Below, piece after piece: positions 1-6,326 of a stretch of 32,015 bases of DNA. Made by a program: the position numbers and the translations under genes. The notes under the pieces were generated by a model. It saw nothing but the letters and a program-made list of their open reading frames with translations. It made no database searches and was not told where the DNA came from. Source of the DNA: Gammaproteobacteria bacterium (lineage in GTDB: Bacteria > Pseudomonadota > Gammaproteobacteria > Natronospirales > REEB76). The stretch covers positions 1 through 32,015 of the forward strand of contig DASXYJ010000092.1 of NCBI GenBank assembly GCA_036502565.1, read 5' to 3'. The stretch's first letter is position 1. Each line of letters opens with the position of its first letter.

Positions 1-950
1 ACGACGTGGCCTCGCAGCCCTCGCTGGTGGATCTGCTGCACGACGGCAAGCACGTGGACGCGGTGATCCAGGCCACCAAGAGCGGCTTCCTCTACACCTT
101 CGATCGGGCCACCGGCCAGCCGCTCTTCCCCATCACCGAGAAGCCGGTGCCCCAGGACGCGGTGCCGGGTGAGGTGCCTTCGCCGACCCAGCCTTTCCCA
201 TCGGCGCCGCCGGCACTGGTGCGGCAGGGCGCCGTGAAGCCGGACGATGCCTACGGCCTGCTGTGGTTCGACACCCGCGCCTGCCGGAAGCGCATCGAGA
301 GCTACCGTTCCGAGGGTATCTTCCAGCCGCCGTCGACCAAGGATTCCATCATGCTGCCCGGCAACGCCGGCGGCTCCAATTGGGGCGGCATCGCCTTCGA
401 TCCCGAGCGCCAGATCGCCGTGGCGGACACCATGGACCTGCCGTTCGTGGTGACGCTGATCCCGCGGGACCAGTTGGAGAAGGAGTTCGACGATCCCCGC
501 TTCAAGGATTTCGAGTTCGCGCGCCAGCGCGGCACGCCCTATGGCATGGCACGGCATAGCTTCGTCTCGGGGCTGGGCATCCCTTGTGTGAAACCCGCCT
601 GGGGCACGCTCACCGGTGTGGACATGGTGCACGGCACCATCAAATGGAAGATACCGCTGGGCGATACACCGGGCATCCACATGAACGTGGGCGTGCCGGT
701 CCTCGGCGGACCCATCGTCACCGCTTCCGGACTGATCTTCATCGGCGCGACCCTCACCGACGATCGTTTCCGCGCCTTCGCCACCGACACCGGCAAGCTG
801 CTCTGGGAAGTGAAACTCCCGGCCGGCGGCCAAGCCACGCCCATGACTTATTCCATCGGCGGCCGGCAATATGTCGTCATCGCTGCTGGAGGTTACAAAA
901 GCGATTCGACCCGCGGCGATTATCTGGTGGCGTATGCTTTGCCGAGATAA
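1..950 (+). CDS. Membrane-bound PQQ-dependent dehydrogenase, glucose/quinate/shikimate family (C-terminal ~315 aa; 5' end outside window)
   Basis: Open from the window edge (in-frame codons from nt 3), stop TAA at 948-950. Quinoprotein propeller motifs are present: GGSNWGG, LIFIGATLTDDRFRAFATDTGKLLWEVKLPAGGQATPMTY, GRQYVVIAAGG, GDYLVAYALP. These closely mirror the C-terminus of E. coli Gcd as I remember it. Confidence 0.9.
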   Translation, partial: DVASQPSLVDLLHDGKHVDAVIQATKSGFLYTFDRATGQPLFPITEKPVPQDAVPGEVPSPTQPFPSAPPALVRQGAVKPDDAYGLLWFDTRACRKRIESYRSEGIFQPPSTKDSIMLPGNAGGSNWGGIAFDPERQIAVADTMDLPFVVTLIPRDQLEKEFDDPRFKDFEFARQRGTPYGMARHSFVSGLGIPCVKPAWGTLTGVDMVHGTIKWKIPLGDTPGIHMNVGVPVLGGPIVTASGLIFIGATLTDDRFRAFATDTGKLLWEVKLPAGGQATPMTYSIGGRQYVVIAAGGYKSDSTRGDYLVAYALPR

Positions 951-962
951 CAAGAACGCCAC

Positions 963-3035
963 ATGTCTCTGACCCGAACCGTCCTGCTCCTGATCGCCGC
1001 GTTGCCGCTTGCCGCACGAGCGGACGACGTCACGCAGCTCGGTACCGTCACCGTGACGGACACCGGCGCGCCGGTGCCGCTGCAGAAGCTGGCGGACAAC
1101 ACCACCAAGGTGGACGCCCAGGACCTGTCGCTGGTGAGCGAGACCCATCCGGCCCAGGTGTTCGCCCAGGTGCCCGGCGCCTGGGTCACCCAAGGCGGCG
1201 GCCAGGAGAGCCTCACGGCGCTGCGTTCGCCGCTGTTCACGGGGCAGGGGGCCTGCGGCGCCTTCCTGCTGCTGGAAGACGGCATCCCGGTGCAGCCGGC
1301 GGGCTTCTGCAACGTCAATGCGCTGCTGGAGATCAACACCGAGCAGGCCGCGGGCATCGAGGTGATCCGCGGACCTGGTTCGGTGCTGTATGGCAGCAAC
1401 GCCCTGCACGGCATCATCAACGTGCTGACCCGCGCGCCGGACGCGCTGCCGGCAGACAGCGTGAGCGTGGAACACGGCAGCCACGACTACACCCGCGTCG
1501 AGACCAGCGTCGGAACCTGGGACGGCAGCTCGGGGTTCCGCCTGAGCGCCAATGCCGCCCACGACGGTGGCTTCCGCGTGTCCTCCGGCTATGACCAGCA
1601 GAAGCTGGACCTTCGCTACGACAGGAGCGAAGGCAATCTGGACAGCGAGACCCTGTTCGCCTTCACCAACCTCAACCAGCAGACCGCCGGATACATCTTC
1701 GGCCAGGACGCGTACAAGGACGAGGCCACCCGCGACTCCAACCCGGTGGCGGGTGCCTACCGCGATGCCCAGAGCTGGCTCCTGGCGCAGCGCTGGCGCG
1801 AATCCCTGAGCGACAGCGCTGAGCTCGACTTCACGCCCTACGCGCGGCGCAACACCATGGCCTTCGTGCAGCACTTCATCCCCGGCGAACCGGTGGAGGA
1901 CGACGCCGACAACAGCATCGGCTCACAGCTGGTGCTGCGCACCCAGCCCCGCGCCGGCACCCAGGTGATCTATGGCCTGGATGGCGAGTTCGCCCACGGC
2001 AGCATCCTCGAAGACCAGTTGCAGTCTTCCATCGTCAGCCCCACCGGCGGGCCGACCCGGCAGCAGGGCCTGCATTACGACTACGCGGCGGACAGCCGTA
2101 CCGCCGCGATGTACGCGCGCGTGAGCCAGGACCTCGGCAGCCAGTGGATAGCGGACGCGGGCCTGCGGCTGGAAGGCACCCGTTACAGCTACATGAATTC
2201 CCTGCCGGCGGGGAACGCCCAGGCAGATGGTTCGGCCTGCACGCCGGCGCCCTGCCTGTTCAACCGGCCTGCGGATCGCAGCGACCAGTTCATCAACCTC
2301 ATGCCCAAGGCCGGGCTCACCTGGCTCATCAGCGACTCCGAGACCGCCTATGCCAAGCTCGGCCGCGGCGCCCGCGCGCCGGAAGCGCCGGAGCTCTACT
2401 CGCTGCAGTCCGGCCAGGAAGTGGCGGACCTGCACTCCGAGACCCTCGATGACTACGAACTGGGCTGGCGCGGCCGTGCCGGCAGCCTGAGTTGGGACAC
2501 GGACGTCTATTACATGCTCAAAGACCACTTCATCTTCCGCGACGAGGATGGCTTCAACGTCAGCGACGGCCGCACCCGCCACCGCGGCTTCGAGTTCCAG
2601 GGTTCCTGGGCCTTCCTGCCCCATTGGACGCTGCTGCTGGACGGCAGCTACGCCATCCACAGCTACGCTTTCTCGGCCGAACTCTCGCCCACCGACAGCA
2701 TCGTCTACGGCAACGACATGAAGTACGCGCCGCGCACGCTCGGTGAGTTGCGCCTGCGCTGGGAGCCCTCGGCTGCGACGCAGCTCGAAGCCGCCTACCA
2801 GCACGTTGGGGGTTACTACCTGGATGAATCGGACCAGCACCGCTATGGCGGCCACGACCTGCTGGACCTCTACGCCCGCCAGGGCCTCGGCGACGGCTAT
2901 ACCCTCAGCTTCAAGGTCTTGAACGCGGCGGACACGGCCTACGCGGAGCGCGCCGACTTCAGCTTCGGCAACTACCGGTACTTCCCGGGCGATGGCCGCG
3001 AGTTCTTCGTCGGGATAGAAAAGGCTTGGCAATAA
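963..3035 (+). CDS. TonB-dependent outer-membrane receptor
   Basis: ATG lies 12 nt after the dehydrogenase stop. It has a signal peptide (MSLTRTVLLLIAALPLAARA) and a plug-domain motif (IEVIRGPGSVLYGSNALHGIINVLTR). At 690 aa it is barrel-sized with alternating beta-strand character to the C-terminus. Confidence 0.9.
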   Translation: MSLTRTVLLLIAALPLAARADDVTQLGTVTVTDTGAPVPLQKLADNTTKVDAQDLSLVSETHPAQVFAQVPGAWVTQGGGQESLTALRSPLFTGQGACGAFLLLEDGIPVQPAGFCNVNALLEINTEQAAGIEVIRGPGSVLYGSNALHGIINVLTRAPDALPADSVSVEHGSHDYTRVETSVGTWDGSSGFRLSANAAHDGGFRVSSGYDQQKLDLRYDRSEGNLDSETLFAFTNLNQQTAGYIFGQDAYKDEATRDSNPVAGAYRDAQSWLLAQRWRESLSDSAELDFTPYARRNTMAFVQHFIPGEPVEDDADNSIGSQLVLRTQPRAGTQVIYGLDGEFAHGSILEDQLQSSIVSPTGGPTRQQGLHYDYAADSRTAAMYARVSQDLGSQWIADAGLRLEGTRYSYMNSLPAGNAQADGSACTPAPCLFNRPADRSDQFINLMPKAGLTWLISDSETAYAKLGRGARAPEAPELYSLQSGQEVADLHSETLDDYELGWRGRAGSLSWDTDVYYMLKDHFIFRDEDGFNVSDGRTRHRGFEFQGSWAFLPHWTLLLDGSYAIHSYAFSAELSPTDSIVYGNDMKYAPRTLGELRLRWEPSAATQLEAAYQHVGGYYLDESDQHRYGGHDLLDLYARQGLGDGYTLSFKVLNAADTAYAERADFSFGNYRYFPGDGREFFVGIEKAWQ

Positions 3036-3061
3036 AAAACGGGGCCTCGCGGCCCCGTTTT
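3034..3061. terminator. Bidirectional rho-independent terminator between the convergent TonB receptor and dsbA genes
   Basis: Stem CGGGGCC / GGCCCCG (3040-3046 / 3051-3057) with loop tcgc, preceded by an A-run (3034-3039) and followed by TTTT (3058-3061). Confidence 0.75.
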
Positions 3062-3079
3062 CATCAGCTCAGCGGCAAT

Positions 3080-3733
3080 TTACTTCTTCTTGCCGCCCGC
3101 GGCCTGTTCCTCGGCGATCAGAAACTCCACGCACTTCATGATGTCGGCCGGGGCCATCTGGTAGCCGGCGCCGGTCTTCCACTTGCCGTTCACGATGATG
3201 GTGGGCACGCCCTGCACCTGGTAGCGGTCGCCCAGCTGCTGGGCCGCGGCCAGGCGCGACTGCACGCCGAAGGAATCCCAGGTGGCATCGAAGTCCGCCG
3301 GCTTCACGCCGTACTTGCCGAAGAAGCTGCGGATGGCGTCCTTGTCCGTGCGCAGCGCGTCGTTGCCGTCCAGGTGGATGGCGTTGAAGAAGGGCTCGCG
3401 GATCTTGTCGCCGACGCCGAGGATCTCGGCCACGAAGGTGGCCTGGGCGTCCACGTAGAACTCGGAGTCCTTCATGGAGGCGGGCACGCGCTTGAACACC
3501 ACGTTCTTGGGCAGGCCCGGCTTCTCCCAGGCCTCGATGTAGGGCTCCAGGGCGAAGCAGTGCGGGCAGCCGTACCAGTAGAACTCGATGACCTCCACCT
3601 GGCCGGGCTTCACGTCGGTCTGCTGGGCTGGGGTCACCGCCACGTAGTTCACGCCTTCGGTGAAGCTCGACATGTCGGCGGACGCCGCTCCGGAGAGCAG
3701 CAGCAGGGAGAGCAACAAGCCGATCTTCTTCAT
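3080..3733 (-). CDS. dsbA: Thiol:disulfide interchange protein DsbA (paralog 1)
   Basis: Thioredoxin-fold active site FYWYGCPHCFALEP and signal peptide MKKIGLLLSLLLLSGAASA. I prefer the ATG at 3733 (GAGG 6 nt upstream) over the GTG at 3745 used by the ORF track. Confidence 0.9.
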   Translation of the reverse strand: MKKIGLLLSLLLLSGAASADMSSFTEGVNYVAVTPAQQTDVKPGQVEVIEFYWYGCPHCFALEPYIEAWEKPGLPKNVVFKRVPASMKDSEFYVDAQATFVAEILGVGDKIREPFFNAIHLDGNDALRTDKDAIRSFFGKYGVKPADFDATWDSFGVQSRLAAAQQLGDRYQVQGVPTIIVNGKWKTGAGYQMAPADIMKCVEFLIAEEQAAGGKKK

Positions 3734-3779
3734 CTCACACCTCACTGGAAAGAGCGCACCGCGGGGTGCGCCGGTTGAT

Positions 3780-4457
3780 TCATCGCACCGCAGCCGGAAG
3801 GGCAGCCTGTTCCTGCGCGACCAGGTAATTCACCACGGACATCATCTGCGGATAGGGGATGCTGAATTCGCCGCCGGTGAGCCACTTGCCGTTCACCACC
3901 AGGGTCGGGACGCCGAACAGCATCAGCCCATAGCGCTCGGCCAGCACGTTGGCCTGGGCGATCTTTGCGTCGGTGGCCGGCGAGCTCCACAGGTTCTCGA
4001 ATTGCTTCGGATCCACGCCGAAGGCCTTCACGTAGAAGCGCTCGAAGTCCTGCTCGGTCTGCAGGTTGTCCTTGGCCTGGTGGATCTCGTCGAAGGTGGC
4101 CTTGTGGGACTTGTCGAGGATGCCGAGGGCCTGGGCCACGTAGAAGGCACGGGCACCGGCTTCCCACTCCGGTTGGATGACGGCGGGTACGCGCACCAGC
4201 ACCACGTTGGCGGGCTTGCTGCGTTCCCAGGCCTCGAGGAAGGGTTCCAGCGAGTTGCAGTGCGGGCAGCCATACCAGAAGAAGTCCAAGACCTCGATCT
4301 GGCCGGGCTTGGTGGACACCGGCTGGGCCGGCAGCACCACCTGGTAGTGCTGCCCCTGCTTGTATTGGGTCCCGGTGGCGGCTGCGACCGAAGGCGCCGC
4401 ATCCGCCAGGGCGGAGACGGAGGACAGCAGCAGCGACAGGGACAGCAGGGCTCTCAT
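3780..4457 (-). CDS. dsbA: Thiol:disulfide interchange protein DsbA (paralog 2)
   Basis: Active site FFWYGCPHCNSLEP and signal peptide MRALLSLSLLLSSVSALA, with GAGG 5 nt upstream of the ATG. It resembles the adjacent paralog over its whole length and shares the C-terminal EQAA. Confidence 0.9.
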   Translation of the reverse strand: MRALLSLSLLLSSVSALADAAPSVAAATGTQYKQGQHYQVVLPAQPVSTKPGQIEVLDFFWYGCPHCNSLEPFLEAWERSKPANVVLVRVPAVIQPEWEAGARAFYVAQALGILDKSHKATFDEIHQAKDNLQTEQDFERFYVKAFGVDPKQFENLWSSPATDAKIAQANVLAERYGLMLFGVPTLVVNGKWLTGGEFSIPYPQMMSVVNYLVAQEQAALPAAVR

Positions 4458-4517
4458 GCGGACCTCACGGGGCTATTAGGTGGATAACGCGCGGGTCCGG
4501 CCGGTGGTATACCGGCG

Positions 4518-5141
4518 TCACTGGGCCTGGATGCCGTGCAGGCCTTCGATGTAGGTGGCCACCGCCTGCATGTCCGCGGGAGTCAGGCGCGCGGCGATGG
4601 TCTCCATCATCTTGTTGGGATCGGTGGTGCGGCTGCCGTTGGCGTAGTTCTGCAGCTGGGCCACCACGTAGGCGGAATGCTGGCCGGTCAGGGACGGCAC
4701 CTTCATGGGCAGGTTGCCGGCACCGGTGGGGCCGTGGCAGGCCAGGCAGGCCGGCACGTCCTTGTCCTTGTTGCCGTTGCGGTAGAGCTGCTCACCCTGC
4801 TTCACCTGGCCCGCGACGGCCTCGCCGACGCTGACCTTCTGGGAGGAGAAGTAGGCGGCCAGGGCCGCCATGTCCTGATCGCTGAGGTTGGCGGCCTGGC
4901 CCTGCATGATGGGGTTCTGGCGCTTGCCGGATTTGAAGTTGCTGAGCTGGGCCTGGATGTAACTGGCGTTCTGGCCCGCGAGCTTGGGGAACTGGGGGCT
5001 CGTGCTGTTGCCGTCCATGCCGTGGCAGGCGCCGCATACGGCAGCCTTGCCCTTGCCGGCGTCGGCGGCATCGTCCGCGTAGGCATGCAGCGCGGCGGCG
5101 GAGGCGGTGAGGGCCAGGACCAGCAGCAGGGACTTCTTCAT
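4518..5141 (-). CDS. Dihaem cytochrome c4
   Basis: Two CXXCH haem sites (CGACHG, CLACHG), one in each of two similar halves, plus a signal peptide. ATG at 5141 (MKKSLLL...) is preferred over the GTG at 5147. Confidence 0.85.
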   Translation of the reverse strand: MKKSLLLVLALTASAAALHAYADDAADAGKGKAAVCGACHGMDGNSTSPQFPKLAGQNASYIQAQLSNFKSGKRQNPIMQGQAANLSDQDMAALAAYFSSQKVSVGEAVAGQVKQGEQLYRNGNKDKDVPACLACHGPTGAGNLPMKVPSLTGQHSAYVVAQLQNYANGSRTTDPNKMMETIAARLTPADMQAVATYIEGLHGIQAQ

Positions 5142-5250
5142 GGGCACGCCTTTTATGCTTTGGGATGCGGAAATAACCGGCTGCGGCCGGCCGCACGGGA
5201 GCCCAGGATTTTACACTAGGCCCGCATACCCCCTCTAGATAAGGCTTCCG

Positions 5251-5850
5251 ATGCGCCTGGACTTCCGCCACACCCGTTTCCTCACCAGCGCCGCGGCCCT
5301 GGGCGGCCTGCCTGCCGATATCGGCCGGGAGGTGGCTTTCGCCGGGCGCTCCAACGCCGGCAAATCCAGCGCCTTGAACGCCATCACCGGCGTCGGGGGC
5401 CTCGCCCGGGTCAGCAAGACCCCGGGCCGCACCCGTCTGCTCAACGTCTTCACCCTCACCGAGGCCATGCGTCTCGTGGACCTGCCGGGCTATGGCTACG
5501 CCAAGGTGCCGGAGGCAGAACGGCTCAAGTGGGGCGAGATGGTGGGGAGCTACCTGGGAGACCGGGAGAGCCTCGCCGGCCTGATCCAGGTGATGGACAT
5601 CCGCCACCCCCTCATGGATTTCGACCTGCAGATGCTGGGGCTGGCCGGCGAGTTGCAACTCCCGGTGCACGTGCTGCTCTCCAAGGCGGACAAGCTCAAG
5701 CGCGGCGCCGCCGCCAAGAGCCTGGCGGACACCAAGAAGGGCCTGCGCGGCTGGGGCACGGTGCAGCTGTTCTCCGCCCATTCCGGCGAAGGCGTGGATG
5801 AAGCGCAGAAGCTCCTGGCGGACTGGCTGACCGGCGAGGAAAAAAAATAA
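5251..5850 (+). CDS. engB: Ribosome-biogenesis GTPase EngB/YihA
   Basis: G1 motif [19 protein letters not shown]3 motif DLPGYGYA, G4 motif LSKADKL. It is divergent from cytochrome c4 and convergent with polA, the usual gammaproteobacterial arrangement. Confidence 0.9.
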   Translation: MRLDFRHTRFLTSAAALGGLPADIGREVAFAGRSNAGKSSALNAITGVGGLARVSKTPGRTRLLNVFTLTEAMRLVDLPGYGYAKVPEAERLKWGEMVGSYLGDRESLAGLIQVMDIRHPLMDFDLQMLGLAGELQLPVHVLLSKADKLKRGAAAKSLADTKKGLRGWGTVQLFSAHSGEGVDEAQKLLADWLTGEEKK

Positions 5851-5880
5851 CCCCGGCGCCAAAAGGGGAAAACGCCGGGG
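5840..5880. terminator. Intrinsic terminator hairpin shared by engB (+) and the candidate minus-strand sRNA
   Basis: Stem CCCCGGCG (5851-5858) / CGCCGGGG (5873-5880). On the minus strand it is followed by TTATTTTTTTT (5850-5840), which is the complement of the A8 run encoding the last engB codons. On the plus strand only TTAT follows. Confidence 0.7.
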
Positions 5881-5966
5881 TTATGAAGTACTGCAGTCGG
5901 CTTGGGGAGACCGACTACAGGCCCACCCATGGGAGATGAGCGGGGACGAACACCATTGCGGTGTTC
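5841..5966 (-). ncRNA. Candidate ~125-nt small regulatory RNA with C-rich loops (sX13-like design; Spot 42/ErsA genomic position)
   Basis: Minus-strand fold has four hairpins: GAACACC/GGTGTTC (5966-5948); CCCGC/GUGGG (5944-5922); CUGUAGUCGG/CCGACUGCAG (5920-5891); and a terminator plus U-run (5880-5840). Two G-U pairs become A-C or C-A mismatches on the plus strand. Loops carry CUCCC, CCCC and CCCC. There is no plausible ORF. The 5' end is only estimated. Confidence 0.45.
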
Positions 5967-5972
5967 AGTACG

Positions 5973-6001
5973 TAAGACCTTCCACAGGGGATTTTCGTTC
6001 C
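5973..6001 (-). promoter_or_regulatory. Possible ECF (sigmaE/AlgU-type) promoter for the candidate sRNA
   Basis: Minus strand reads GGAACGA (6001-5995), N17, TCTTA (5977-5973). This resembles the GAACTT-N16/17-TCTGA consensus recalled for sigmaE/AlgU and would place a start near 5966-5969. Confidence 0.3.
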
Positions 6002-6258
6002 TATTCCGCAACAGGAATTTTGTAACCCCTTGTAACAACAGGGGCGCTGGCTAGTATTTATCTTAATTATCCGATTGATTAATTAATAGCACACAAGATA
6101 TCCACAGGCGATATTGGCGGGATTTTGGACAGCTCCGCGGCATGCCGCGGACGCCCGCGCAGGACAGCGCGGGCCGTGCTGCCGGCGTAGCAGGATGCGA
6201 AGCCGGGCAGGTGGCGCAGCCACCCAGTGTTGGTTTCGGTAGTGCGGAGAAGGTGGCG

Positions 6259-6307
6259 TGCTCGGCGGCACGTCCATATCCCTGCTACAGACGCAGGGAT
6301 GCCGAGC
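6259..6307 (-). terminator. Composite GC-rich hairpin just downstream of the polA stop (terminator-like, no U-run)
   Basis: Outer stem GCTCGGC (6259-6265) / GCCGAGC (6301-6307) encloses a perfect inner stem ATCCCTGC (6278-6285) / GCAGGGAT (6293-6300). It begins 20 nt after the polA stop codon. Confidence 0.35.
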
Positions 6308-6326
6308 GCAGTAGCTTCTGAGATGG

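Noticed and set aside
5841-5966. Direct homology of the candidate sRNA to E. coli Spot 42.
   Set aside because: I see no primary-sequence resemblance to the Spot 42 sequence as I remember it. Only the genomic position and orientation are shared, so I call it a position analogue with sX13-like C-rich-loop architecture, not an spf orthologue.
6083-6277. 64-aa minus-strand ORF inside the polA-engB spacer.
   Set aside because: It has no ribosome-binding site and an Arg/Pro/Ala-rich composition. It is built from the GC-rich palindromes, so it is more likely structural or non-coding DNA.
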